Positions 27,758-37,831 of a DNA stretch of 64,000 bases are shown here, one piece after another (positions within the stretch are counted from its first letter, which is position 1; the number at the start of each line of letters is the position of its first letter). This stretch comes from Clostridia bacterium (lineage in GTDB: Bacteria > Bacillota > Clostridia > Christensenellales > CAG-138). The stretch spans positions 42,144 to 106,143 of the forward strand of contig JAVVXB010000003.1 of NCBI GenBank assembly GCA_036651815.1. Reading direction: 5' to 3'. Position numbers and translations under genes: made by a program. Below the pieces are notes generated by a model, which searched no databases, was not told the origin of the DNA, and saw only the letters and a program-made list of their open reading frames with translations.

Positions 27758-27766
27758 TGTTATAAT
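27758..27766 (+). promoter_or_regulatory. Extended -10 box TGTTATAAT upstream of the PBP gene
   Basis: TGnTATAAT about 115 nt upstream of the ATG at 27881. The leader contains the hairpin GAACCG-GATAA-CGGTTC (27830-27846). Confidence 0.45.
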
Positions 27767-27880
27767 AACATCGCCTTATAAACGAAGGTTGTTTTCAAAA
27801 AGGAAATTCGCCAAGGAAGAAAAAACAGTTGAACCGGATAACGGTTCGCAAGGTGATAACTGATTAGGAAAGGGATCTGC

Positions 27881-30800
27881 ATGAAGCGAATCATAGCAAT
27901 ACTGATGGTTCTTGTGACCTTAACCGGCACGTTTTTGAGTTCGGGCTGCTCTATTGTGACGCGCGGCAGTGATTATTGCTACAAATTTTTGGACTATATC
28001 GCCAACAGCGAATTTGACAAAGCCTATGAAATGATCGCGGACAGCATCAAGGCGCCGGAAACCGAGGAGGAGAAAGCCGCGCGCCTAAAAGAAGAAGCGA
28101 AGGTCAAAGCGGAGAAACAGAAATTCTGGAAAGACCTCATTGGTATTTCTGATGAGGAGAAGAAGGATGTTGCCGCGGAGGGCACCCCCAATCCAGACGA
28201 AACTGCCGACACAGAAGAAACCCCAGTACCCGGCGAAGGTACACCAATGCCGGAGGGAACGGGGGAAGGGACGCCGTCCCCGGAGAATACTGCAGAACCA
28301 ACCCCGGAGCCGGTTGCCGAAAACGGAATGACGCCAGATCCAGAAACAGGCGAACTTCCGGTGATAGACGCAACGCCTACGCCGGATCCTAACAGCACGC
28401 CATCGCCGGTTTTGCCCGATGAACCGGGTACGGAGCCGAGTGCATCGCCGGGAGCGGAGGGGTTACAGACACCTGTACCCACACCGATGCCCTCTTTAAC
28501 CCCAAAGGGGACCAGTGCCACCGCGGCGCCAACGCCAGATCCGAATGCAACGCCGGATCCGAATGCAACGCCGTCGCCGACTCCGTTGCCGGTGGATGAG
28601 GACGGCAATCCGATTGTGGATAAAACCATCACGCGGGTGGCGTTTATCGAGAAATATCAGAGCATTTTTGATGAATTACAGCTCAATGGCATTGAGTATA
28701 ATACGACGGATGTGACGGACGGCGAAATCATCGCCATCGTCAACTATGACCTAACCTATAAGAGCAAGCGCTCGGGGGAAGATCTAACCTATTCGTTTGA
28801 AATTACCGCAAACCGCATCGAACACCGTTGGGCAATCGACTGGTCACCCCGCTTGATTTTTCCGATGATGGAGTGGGGCGATAACCTGCGTGTTGGTACG
28901 TTGCAGGCAAACCGTGGCGAGATTCTCTGCCAAGGGGAACCTTACGCACAGAATGTTGCGCAGGTAACGGTCTTTGCGGTGCCTTCCTCCATTGAGGATG
29001 TGGATGCATTTGTGCAGCAGGTTGCCGGGCTACCGGAGATGGGCATGACCGAGGATGATGTGCGCGAGGCGTTGTCCAAAGCGAGAAACGACTTCAGTAA
29101 AATGAAGACTTTTTTCCCGGACGAGATCACCCAGGATATGAAAAATCGGATTCTGGAGATTAAGGGGCTTGCCATTGACTCCGCCAACTATGGTACCGTG
29201 CGGTATTACCCATATGGACAATCCCTCTGCCATATCATCGGCTACGCAGGAATCATCTCCAAGAAGGAAAAGATTAACTACGAAGCCTATGGCGACATTC
29301 GATATAACAAAGAAAAAGAACGGTTTGAACGCGTTGGTGATACCCGATATAACGGTGACTCGTGGATCGGGAAATATGGGCTTGAACTCTTATATGAAGA
29401 TACGCTGTTGGGTACCAACGGACGATTTACTTATATACAGGATCCACAGGGCGGGAGCCGCGGTATGCTGTATAAAACCGATGCGGTGGAGGGTAACGAC
29501 CTGCACCTGACCATCATCCCGGAATTGCAGGAAAGATTGGAGACGGTTGTTGATGCTACCGTATACGACAAGAGCATTCACGGTGCGGTTCTGGTACTTA
29601 ATCCAAAGACCGGCGAGATTCAGGCAATGACCTCATGGCCGGGATTCGACCTCAACTACCTGGCTCGAGGCATGCCGGACGAGGAATGGCAGGCAATGTT
29701 GGATGATCCCAATATCCCGCTGTACAACCGTGCAACGCAGGGTCTCTATACGCCCGGTTCGGTGTTTAAAACGATGACCTCTGCAGCGCTGCTTGAGACC
29801 AACTCCATGACCTCAAATGACGTATTCCCCGCATCCGAGGAGATCGATGTGGACGAATGGATTCCGTCGGAGTCGCTGATGAGTTCGTTGCCAAGTGAAA
29901 CTATGGGGACGCCAAACGAAGATAAGGATGCGCCATTTATTGAACAAGCACATGATCGGCCGTTGCGGCGCACCCCTAACTCAAACAGACATACGCCGAT
30001 GAATCTGACAAGTTCAATCATCGATTCGGATAACCTGTACTTTTCCTACGCTGCGCTGCGCATGGGCGCAAAGAAATTTGAAGACTATATGGTGAACAAA
30101 ATCGGATGGGAAACGCCCATCCAGCTGGAAGCTGAAAAAACAAATCCGCGGGTATATTGGCGTGCCGGACCGGACAAAATTAGCTGGCAGAACGTCAAAG
30201 AAGGCGGTGAAACCATTTGGCAGCAGAACGAAAATGGCGAGTGGTCGCCGATGGAAAATGTCGGGCTTGTCAAGGACAAGGTGATCTACGGCATGGATGT
30301 CAGCGTGCCACAGCTCTATAGCAAGGAAAAGAAACAGAACGACTATGATCTGGCGGTCTCCGGCTACGGACAGGGACAGATACTGATGTCGCCGCTGCAG
30401 CTTGCTTGTTATGTTTCCGCATATGCCAATGACGGCAAAATTATGCAGCCCTATGTGGTGGATTCCATCTGGCACGCCAAGGGTACAGATTATTCGCTGG
30501 TGGAGCAGCGCGAGCCAAAGGTCTATAAGCAGGTTTTTCAGCAGTCCACAGTGGACGCGGTCTATCCCGCACTGCTGAAGGTTACCCATGAAGGTACGGC
30601 ACGCAGCATGTTCAAAAGCTTCATCACGAAAGGACCGCTGACGGTGGGATACGAACTGGCTGGCAAGACCGGAACGGCTGAGATTACGAGCAATAAGACG
30701 AAGGAACTTGCGTGGTTTTGCTGCTGGCGTGACTCCGACCAAGAAACCGGACAAAAGGTTACGGACGACAACGCTCGTCTTGTATGCGTCATGCTGGAAG

Positions 30801-30898
30801 TCAACCTGCCCATGGGTACGGAATGGAGCCAGATGAAGTACGATATTGCCCGCGCATTGCTCAGAAAAGATGTGCTCAACAACGACGATATTGCCTAA
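27881..30898 (+). CDS. Class B penicillin-binding protein (transpeptidase) with a lipoprotein signal, long Pro-rich linker and NTF2-like N-terminal domain
   Basis: Lipobox SSGC. About 170 aa of PTPxP low complexity. Catalytic motifs SVFK (SxxK), SDN (SxN) and KTGTA (KTG). Confidence 0.85.
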   Translation: MKRIIAILMVLVTLTGTFLSSGCSIVTRGSDYCYKFLDYIANSEFDKAYEMIADSIKAPETEEEKAARLKEEAKVKAEKQKFWKDLIGISDEEKKDVAAEGTPNPDETADTEETPVPGEGTPMPEGTGEGTPSPENTAEPTPEPVAENGMTPDPETGELPVIDATPTPDPNSTPSPVLPDEPGTEPSASPGAEGLQTPVPTPMPSLTPKGTSATAAPTPDPNATPDPNATPSPTPLPVDEDGNPIVDKTITRVAFIEKYQSIFDELQLNGIEYNTTDVTDGEIIAIVNYDLTYKSKRSGEDLTYSFEITANRIEHRWAIDWSPRLIFPMMEWGDNLRVGTLQANRGEILCQGEPYAQNVAQVTVFAVPSSIEDVDAFVQQVAGLPEMGMTEDDVREALSKARNDFSKMKTFFPDEITQDMKNRILEIKGLAIDSANYGTVRYYPYGQSLCHIIGYAGIISKKEKINYEAYGDIRYNKEKERFERVGDTRYNGDSWIGKYGLELLYEDTLLGTNGRFTYIQDPQGGSRGMLYKTDAVEGNDLHLTIIPELQERLETVVDATVYDKSIHGAVLVLNPKTGEIQAMTSWPGFDLNYLARGMPDEEWQAMLDDPNIPLYNRATQGLYTPGSVFKTMTSAALLETNSMTSNDVFPASEEIDVDEWIPSESLMSSLPSETMGTPNEDKDAPFIEQAHDRPLRRTPNSNRHTPMNLTSSIIDSDNLYFSYAALRMGAKKFEDYMVNKIGWETPIQLEAEKTNPRVYWRAGPDKISWQNVKEGGETIWQQNENGEWSPMENVGLVKDKVIYGMDVSVPQLYSKEKKQNDYDLAVSGYGQGQILMSPLQLACYVSAYANDGKIMQPYVVDSIWHAKGTDYSLVEQREPKVYKQVFQQSTVDAVYPALLKVTHEGTARSMFKSFITKGPLTVGYELAGKTGTAEITSNKTKELAWFCCWRDSDQETGQKVTDDNARLVCVMLEVNLPMGTEWSQMKYDIARALLRKDVLNNDDIA
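28538..28573 (+). repeat. Perfect 18-bp tandem duplication inside the PBP linker
   Basis: GATCCGAATGCAACGCCG x2, encoding DPNATP DPNATP. Confidence 0.8.
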
Positions 30899-31084
30899 GC
30901 CGCGTTGGTTTGCTTCTGCGCCATGCGCGCAGTTTTGCGCCGCCATCCATCGCGATATTGAAAAGCTGGAGGGCTTCAAACAACCGCGCATGGAACGATT
31001 TATTTACAGACTTTTCTGCTTCGATGAAAAGAATGCAGGTGGACAAATCTACAGAAACGACATAAACTACATACAGGCAACCAT

Positions 31085-31119
31085 GCAGGATCGGCAATAC
31101 GCTGCCGATCCTGCTTTTT
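31085..31119 (+). terminator. Rho-independent terminator between the PBP gene and murG
   Basis: GCAGGATCGGCA-ATACGC-TGCCGATCCTGC, a 12-bp stem followed by TTTTT. Confidence 0.75.
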
Positions 31120-31131
31120 GAGAGGAAGTAT

Positions 31132-32217
31132 ATGGTAAAAAAACGGATTGTATTCACAGGCGGCGGCACTGCGGGGCATGTGACTCCAAATATTGCGCTG
31201 ATCAACCGCTTGAAGATGGAAGGTTGGGACATCCACTATATTGGCAGTGAAACGGGCATGGAACGGGAACTGATTGCAGCGGTCCCAAACGTAACCTATC
31301 ACCCGATTTCTTCCGGTAAACTCCGGCGCTATTTATCCTGGCAAAACTTGCTCGACCCATTCCGGGTCATCAAAGGCATCGGTCAGTCCAAGAGACTGAT
31401 TCGTGCACTGCATCCAGACGTGGTGTTCAGCAAGGGCGGTTTCGTTTCTGTTCCGGTAGTCATGGCAGCGGGGAAAACGCCCGTTGTCGCTCACGAGAGC
31501 GATTACACACCGGGCCTTTCCAACCGGATTGCGAGTCGTTTCTCCGATCAGATCTGCGTTACATTTGAGGATACCCTGCGCTATGTGCCAGAGAATAAGG
31601 GTGTATTTACAGGCACGCCGATTCGGCCGGAGCTATATCTGGGCGAACGGGCGCGTGCGTTGCAATATACGGGACTCTCCGGCAGTAAGCCAGTGTTGCT
31701 GGTTATGGGCGGGAGTCAGGGTGCGCAGCGGCCAAACGAGCTGCTGCGGGAAGCACTGCCGGCGTTGCTTCCACAATTTGATATCATTCACCTGTGCGGC
31801 AGGGGCAAGATTGACGATGCCTGCGCACGGGCCGGCTATCTGCAATATGAATACATTACGGAGGAACTGCCGGATCTTTTTGCACTGGCGGACATTGTTT
31901 TTTCGCGGGCAGGTGCAAACACCGTCTTTGAACTGCTTGCCCTCAACAAACCTGCTGTACTAATGCCGCTGCCGCTTTCGTGCAGCAGGGGCGACCAGAT
32001 TCTAAACGCGCAGTATTTCGAAAACAAAGGCTATGCCATTACGCTTGATCAGCAGACTGCTACGGCAGACACCTTGGCGGACGCGTTAAAAACCCTCTAT
32101 CGGGACCGCATAAAGTATGGCGGTGCCATGGAGAGCGACACCCGCTGCGACGGAACGGAATCCATCCTGAAAATCATCAAAGATGCTGCCAATACGGAGA
32201 GGAAGTCAATCGTATGA
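31132..32217 (+). CDS. murG: Undecaprenyldiphospho-muramoylpentapeptide beta-N-acetylglucosaminyltransferase
   Basis: N-terminal GGGTAGHVTPNIAL motif, 361 aa, GT28 architecture. Confidence 0.9.
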   Translation: MVKKRIVFTGGGTAGHVTPNIALINRLKMEGWDIHYIGSETGMERELIAAVPNVTYHPISSGKLRRYLSWQNLLDPFRVIKGIGQSKRLIRALHPDVVFSKGGFVSVPVVMAAGKTPVVAHESDYTPGLSNRIASRFSDQICVTFEDTLRYVPENKGVFTGTPIRPELYLGERARALQYTGLSGSKPVLLVMGGSQGAQRPNELLREALPALLPQFDIIHLCGRGKIDDACARAGYLQYEYITEELPDLFALADIVFSRAGANTVFELLALNKPAVLMPLPLSCSRGDQILNAQYFENKGYAITLDQQTATADTLADALKTLYRDRIKYGGAMESDTRCDGTESILKIIKDAANTERKSIV

Positions 32218-33719
32218 TCAATGAGCTTATGACACAATTAGCAGGAGATGCCCCTGCACCGGCACTTTCCGCCCTGTGCGAACAGGCACGACAGAAAATA
32301 GGACGTGAGGAGATCGACTGCCAACTGGGGGACCGCTCACTGCTGCATGCACTGCTGAAAGCATCAGAGCCAAAGACACGCAAAAATGCTGCGCGGCTTA
32401 CCGGCGCGCTACTGCATGAAGCGGATGCACCGGTGCTGATTGCGGCGCTTGCCGCAGAAACGACGATGTTTGTCGTGCCATCTATCCTGTTGGCGCTTGG
32501 CAGTGTGGGCGGGGAGCAGGCGCACGCCACTTTGGAAGCATACGCGCCGAAATTGCCAGAGAATGACAGCGAGGAGAAGCATTGCGCTGAAATTGCAGCC
32601 GCCCACAGAAAAGCACTGGCTGCGCTGTCTGCGGACGAGCCTCTGCCCGTGTATGGGCTGACGGTACCGCGTGCAGTGCTGCTGACGGCGCCGGAAGGAT
32701 TCTCCGAGATGTTGTACGAGGAGTTAAAGGAGCGGGGCTATGATCCGGCAGTCGATGTGCGCGGAGCGATCGTTGTGACGGAAAACTTACAGAAACTCTT
32801 TGCTGTGCGTTGCTTTTACGAAGCATTTCTGCCGCTTGCGCAGAATGTCCCGTTGGAGCCGGAAGCCATTGCGAAGGTGGCGGCGCGGGAATTAACACTT
32901 CCTTACCGTATTGAACTGCGTGATTACGCGGGGACACTCGGCGACGGTGCGATTGACCGAGGTATGTTTATTGCGGCGTTGACCAAGGTGCTGGGTGGGG
33001 ACAACAATCCCTCCCACTATGCGTTGGAACTGCGGGTGGTATGCCATGGCGATGCGTGTGATTTATTGCTCAAGCCTGCCAGCATACCCGACGGGCGATT
33101 TTCGTACCGAGCAAAAGCGATACCGGCATCCATTGCGCCGTCGCTTGCTGCTTGCATTGCCAGAATGGCACTCAAAGTACGCGGTTCTGGGACAGGGGCA
33201 AAAGCTTCCGACGCAGCAGCGGGACAGCCCGGGTTGTCGGCGGCGCACGGGTTCAGTGTGCTGGATCCTTTCTGCGGAAGCGGGACGCTGCTGTTCGAAC
33301 TGGAGAAGCGTGCGGCGGCAATCGGCAATCCCTGCGATACCCTGCTTGGCATTGACATTGCGGCGCCCGCCATCACAGCGGCGCGTGTAAATGGCGGGAA
33401 GGCACATTCACGGGCAGTGTTTGTGCAAAAGGACATCCTAAGTTTCATTCCTCGTGCGCCCGTGGATCTCATTGTGTCCAATCTACCCTTTGGAAATCGG
33501 GTGGGCAATCACAAGAATAACGAAGCGCTGTACCGTGATTTATGCAGTCGTTTACCGGGACTTTTGGCCGATGGCGGCGTTTGCGTGCTGTACACGATGG
33601 AATATCGACTGCTGTCTGCGTGCCTCAAACGTGTGACCAAAATCACGCTAGTTTCCACGATTCGTACGGAAGCGGGGGGACTACTGCCATGGATCTTTGT
33701 TTTGCGAAAAAAATCTTAA
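32214..33719 (+). CDS. Class I SAM-dependent RNA methyltransferase (RlmL/Trm14-like) with an N-terminal HEAT-like repeat region
   Basis: SAM motif I VLDPFCGSGTLLFE and motif IV DLIVSNLPFG. N-terminal alpha-repeat segment (KNAARLTGALL). ATGA overlap with the murG stop. Confidence 0.65.
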   Translation: MINELMTQLAGDAPAPALSALCEQARQKIGREEIDCQLGDRSLLHALLKASEPKTRKNAARLTGALLHEADAPVLIAALAAETTMFVVPSILLALGSVGGEQAHATLEAYAPKLPENDSEEKHCAEIAAAHRKALAALSADEPLPVYGLTVPRAVLLTAPEGFSEMLYEELKERGYDPAVDVRGAIVVTENLQKLFAVRCFYEAFLPLAQNVPLEPEAIAKVAARELTLPYRIELRDYAGTLGDGAIDRGMFIAALTKVLGGDNNPSHYALELRVVCHGDACDLLLKPASIPDGRFSYRAKAIPASIAPSLAACIARMALKVRGSGTGAKASDAAAGQPGLSAAHGFSVLDPFCGSGTLLFELEKRAAAIGNPCDTLLGIDIAAPAITAARVNGGKAHSRAVFVQKDILSFIPRAPVDLIVSNLPFGNRVGNHKNNEALYRDLCSRLPGLLADGGVCVLYTMEYRLLSACLKRVTKITLVSTIRTEAGGLLPWIFVLRKKS

Positions 33720-33733
33720 TAGGAGTCTGATAA

Positions 33734-35620
33734 ATGAGGATTCGGTCTTTGCTCTTCCAGTGGCTCCCGGGGGGGTGGATGCTACTTGCCATCGTTCTGC
33801 TATTGGGCGCGCCGGCAGTGTTTTTAAATGATGCGGCGGTTCTAGCTGCGCTGCCGATGGTGGTGTGCGCCGCGCTGCTGCTCGGACGTCGTATTTCAAT
33901 CCAAACTCTGTTTGCACGTGAGAATCACAGAAATCTTTGGCTGTCACTTGGAGCGACCATTGTGTTTTTCCTGCTGCTGTCACTGCCAAATCTGTTATCC
34001 TGTGCGCTGTTTTCGGAGGCCGGTCTTTCTGCCATCTGGTGGCCGTTTCGATGGATACGGCTATTATACCTAGCGTGGAACTGGACGGGCTTCCTCCTTG
34101 GTTATGCAGCTGCCGTATTTCTATGCGCGTTTGCAGCGCTCCGCTGGTCGCTGAAGGAGCGAGTCCCCATGAACGGGGACAGGGCGGTGGGAAAAATTCG
34201 TTTTCTAGGGTTATACCGCCCCATTTTGCTGCTTGCGGCCGTAACTGCCTGCACGCTGCTGTCATCCACGCAGAGCCTGGTCATTGGGGATGCGGGAACC
34301 ATTTGGGGCATGGCACAAAATCAAGAATGGCGGGCGTGGCACACGGCTGGATATCTCCTGTTTGTGCGTCTGTGCCAGTGGCTTGGCGGTACACAGCGCG
34401 CGGTTACGTTGGTACAAGCGGTTGCCTATGTATATATCAACAATTATATCCTTTCGTTTTTTATCAGCCGTGGCATGACGCGCCGCGCTTGCTGCGCCTA
34501 TGTAATCGCAGCGGTGGTGACATTTTTACCGATCTATTTCCTGCAGGTGATGATCAAGGACGTTGTGTTTGCACTGTCGTTGCTGGCGTTCGGCATAGGC
34601 GTGCTGCGCATTGCAAACGATGCCGAGAGCGGAAAAACACGTGTTGTGGACTGGATTTGGATCACAGCCTTTGGGCTATGCACCTGCCTATTTCGGCACG
34701 CTGGATTTTTGCCGGTGATTTGCACGCTGCCCGTGTTGCTGTACCGCTTGCTCAAACGGCGGAGGAAAGCCGCCTGGGGTGTGGTTGCAGCGGGCGCTTG
34801 CATCGCGGCTGTCTACATGCTGTTGATTGACGGTCTGTTCTTTGGCATGCTCCATGGGGAGCGAAATCCGGAATATATTCAATACAGTGCGCCCATGACC
34901 ATGATTGGTGCGGTGGCAGCAAGCGGGGCGCCTATTGCACCGGAGGACCGGGCTGTAATGGAACAGATTATGCCAGTGGAAGATTGGGCGGCCTGCTACA
35001 CCAAGTATTTTGCGGATACGATCTCCCGACCCTATGGACGGATCGGCAAAAATATTGAAAAGGTGGAGCAATTTGACCTCGGCGATGATCTTCTGCGGCT
35101 CAATGCGCATTTTTTGATTTATTATCCGCGCATCTATCTGACCGCATTTTTTGATCTCAACAGTCTGATGTGGGAGATTGCAACGCCATCTGACGGCTAT
35201 GTTCGCAGTTATCTGTGCTATCCGCAAACGCCTATCCCGCAATTGGCGGCCAAGGCCGGGGTTGCCGCAGAAGGATTTGAAGCGTACCAAAGAATTTTCA
35301 AGCAGCCTGAGGGAACAACGTTCAATGGGTTTGCGCCGCTCATCAACCGATATGCTGAGTTTTTGTACGGCGTACCGGTGCTGCGCTCGCTGCTATGGCG
35401 GGGCGGATTCTCCAATCTCTGTCTGCTGTTTGCAGCCGTGCTGTTGCTCCGAAAAAGACGTGCAATGGATCTAATGGGACTAATTCCGATTACGGTTGTT
35501 ACACTTGGCATGCTGTTTTCCATGCCTGCACAAGAGGTGCGATATATATTTCCCAATCTAGAATACGCGGTGCTGTTTCTGCCCTATGCAGTCCTCGTTC
35601 CCAAAGGAAAAGCACAATAG
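33734..35620 (+). CDS. Large polytopic membrane protein of unknown function
   Basis: 628 aa with more than 12 hydrophobic helices and a large C-terminal loop domain. No motif recognised. Confidence 0.55.
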   Translation: MRIRSLLFQWLPGGWMLLAIVLLLGAPAVFLNDAAVLAALPMVVCAALLLGRRISIQTLFARENHRNLWLSLGATIVFFLLLSLPNLLSCALFSEAGLSAIWWPFRWIRLLYLAWNWTGFLLGYAAAVFLCAFAALRWSLKERVPMNGDRAVGKIRFLGLYRPILLLAAVTACTLLSSTQSLVIGDAGTIWGMAQNQEWRAWHTAGYLLFVRLCQWLGGTQRAVTLVQAVAYVYINNYILSFFISRGMTRRACCAYVIAAVVTFLPIYFLQVMIKDVVFALSLLAFGIGVLRIANDAESGKTRVVDWIWITAFGLCTCLFRHAGFLPVICTLPVLLYRLLKRRRKAAWGVVAAGACIAAVYMLLIDGLFFGMLHGERNPEYIQYSAPMTMIGAVAASGAPIAPEDRAVMEQIMPVEDWAACYTKYFADTISRPYGRIGKNIEKVEQFDLGDDLLRLNAHFLIYYPRIYLTAFFDLNSLMWEIATPSDGYVRSYLCYPQTPIPQLAAKAGVAAEGFEAYQRIFKQPEGTTFNGFAPLINRYAEFLYGVPVLRSLLWRGGFSNLCLLFAAVLLLRKRRAMDLMGLIPITVVTLGMLFSMPAQEVRYIFPNLEYAVLFLPYAVLVPKGKAQ

Positions 35621-35625
35621 AAGTA

Positions 35626-35656
35626 GCCGCACGTGATCACAGCGTGCGGCTTTTTT
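35626..35656 (+). terminator. Rho-independent terminator
   Basis: GCCGCACG-TGATCACAG-CGTGCGGC followed by T6, 6 nt after the stop at 35620. Confidence 0.75.
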
Positions 35657-35678
35657 AGATGTGGGGTACGGTTTGACG

Positions 35679-37508
35679 CTATGATTCCTGGTTTTCCAAC
35701 ACCCGAGCAAACTGCGTTTCATAGAGACGGCGGTAGATGCCGTCGCTTTGCAGCAACTGCGCATGCGTACCCTGTTCGGCAATTATTCCGCCGGCTATCA
35801 CCAGAATTTCATCTGCGGCAAGCACTGTGGAGAGGCGGTGGGCAATGACGATGCTGGTTCGTCCCAGCATCATGTGGTCAAGTGCGTTTTGTATGGCGTT
35901 TTCACTGATGGAATCCAGCGCACTGGTGGCTTCATCCAATATCAGAATCTTAGGATTTTTCAATATGACCCGAGCCAAAGAAATGCGTTGCTTTTCACCG
36001 CCGGAGAGTTTGAGTCCGCGATTGCCTACAACCGTTTGGTAGCCGTTTGGCTGTGTACTAATAAAATGATCGATGTTCGCCGCGCGGCAGGCTTCGTCGA
36101 TCTCATCCTGCGTAAGCCCATCCCGGGCACATACGAGATTATCCAGAATTGTGCCGTTGAATAGATATGCGTCCTGTGTCACAACGCCAATGCTCTGGCG
36201 CAGATAGGTCAAATCATAGTTGCGCACATCGATGCCGTTGATTCTCACCTGGCCGCCGGTTACGTCATACAGGCGGGGAATGAGATTGACAACAGTAGAC
36301 TTCCCAGATCCGCTTGGGCCAACGATGGCGTACATCTTGCCACCGGGAATAGTAAAGCTTACATCCTTGAGAATTTCCACCTCCGGCGAATAGGAAAAGT
36401 GAACATGCGAAAAGCAAATTCCAGCGTCTTGCAGATCCGGCTTTCTAGCGTTAACGAGGGAACGAATGGGGTTTATGCGGTCGAGATATTCAAATATACG
36501 GGCAAACAGCGCCAACGAACGAGTGAAATCCACCTGTAGATTAAACAGGGTCTGGACGGGCCGATAGAGACGGTTGATCAGGGAAACGGTTGCTGTCACA
36601 GTACCCACCGTTAGCGCGGGGTCGAGCTTGCTGACCATGAAATACCCGCCCGCAAAATAGATAAGCAGTGGTCCAATCTGCATAAACATGCCCATCAACA
36701 AACGAAACCACTTGCCGCTGCGCTGTTCCCGCAGAGCGATTTTGGTTACCTCTGCGTTGATCCGCTCAAATCGATCATAATCAACCTTCTCCCGCGTAAA
36801 CAGTTTGCTGAGCAGTGAGCCGCTTACCGAGAGCGTTTCACGAACAATCTCATTCATCTCATCGTGTTTGGCTTGCTCTGCACTGAGTAGCTGATAACGG
36901 GTTTTGCCCGCCTCCTTCGTTGGCAGAATCAATAGTGGGATGACGATAATTCCAACAATGGCCAGTTGCCAATTCATGGAAAAGAGTGCAACCAGTGTGG
37001 TGATCACAATGGTGCTGTTCGAGACTGCGCTGGATAGTGTGCCGGAGATGACAGCGGCAACGCCGTCCACGTCGCTGTTCATGCGCGTGATGATATCACC
37101 TTGCTTTTCACTGGTAAAAAACGAATGCGGCATGCATTGCAGGTGCTTGTACATCTGATTTTTCATATCGTAAACGATGCGCTCAGAAATCCAAGCATTG
37201 ATATAACTTTCCAGCACGCCAATCACTTGAGCGGCAATCAGTGTGATGAACGCCAAAACAAGTAGCTCGATGAGTAGCCGCATGTTTTGCCCAATCAACG
37301 CTTCGTCAACAATGCGCCCCGTGATGATGGAGGGCAGCAATCCAAGTACGCTGGATACAAGAACTGTCAGAAAAACTAGTAGAAATTGCCACCAATAAGG
37401 ACGAAGATAGGAAAGGATTCGCAGAATCAGCGCCTTTGTAATCTTTGGTGCGGAACTTTTTTCCTCTTCAGTTAAATAACCCTTGGGTCCCGGCGGACGG
37501 AGTGCCAT
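35679..37508 (-). CDS. ABC exporter, fused permease/ATPase (MsbA/type IV exporter-like)
   Basis: Six-TM N-terminal domain. Walker A GPSGSGKST, signature LSGGEKQR, Walker B ILILDEATSALD. Confidence 0.9.
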   Translation of the reverse strand: MALRPPGPKGYLTEEEKSSAPKITKALILRILSYLRPYWWQFLLVFLTVLVSSVLGLLPSIITGRIVDEALIGQNMRLLIELLVLAFITLIAAQVIGVLESYINAWISERIVYDMKNQMYKHLQCMPHSFFTSEKQGDIITRMNSDVDGVAAVISGTLSSAVSNSTIVITTLVALFSMNWQLAIVGIIVIPLLILPTKEAGKTRYQLLSAEQAKHDEMNEIVRETLSVSGSLLSKLFTREKVDYDRFERINAEVTKIALREQRSGKWFRLLMGMFMQIGPLLIYFAGGYFMVSKLDPALTVGTVTATVSLINRLYRPVQTLFNLQVDFTRSLALFARIFEYLDRINPIRSLVNARKPDLQDAGICFSHVHFSYSPEVEILKDVSFTIPGGKMYAIVGPSGSGKSTVVNLIPRLYDVTGGQVRINGIDVRNYDLTYLRQSIGVVTQDAYLFNGTILDNLVCARDGLTQDEIDEACRAANIDHFISTQPNGYQTVVGNRGLKLSGGEKQRISLARVILKNPKILILDEATSALDSISENAIQNALDHMMLGRTSIVIAHRLSTVLAADEILVIAGGIIAEQGTHAQLLQSDGIYRRLYETQFARVLENQES

Positions 37509-37831
37509 CGCTGGATTCCTTCTTTCTTTTATGAATGCGAGCTATCTATCACCGGATATCGTTTGGTGCGGATTTCTACAGGTAAGTCAGAAATGATCCA
37601 CCGGGCATATTCGTTAAAAAGCTTGCGCGTCATTGTAAATGATTAACCGCGATAGATATGACAATTCTCACAAGTCGTATTTTAAGAATCGTTTACAATG
37701 GATACTACACATTGAAAATGCTCGAATTGTTTTCAGGGGCGTGCTCTAAAAAGAATTCGTTTTCAAAGAAAAAGATGCTGAGGCTGCCGCCAATTCAAGC
37801 ATACGCCTGTGAGGTGGATAACGGTGCATTG

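Noticed and set aside
30014-30991. Long antisense or alternative-frame ORFs. These include a 325-aa ORF opposite the PBP gene, and also 47642-48595, 6759-7463, 8264-8968, 33937-34830, 49206-49895 and 10895-11596.
   Set aside because: Each lies entirely within, opposite to, or out of frame with a motif-supported gene. They have Arg/Pro/Cys-rich low-complexity composition, no SD and no motifs. These are typical shadow ORFs of GC-rich coding DNA.
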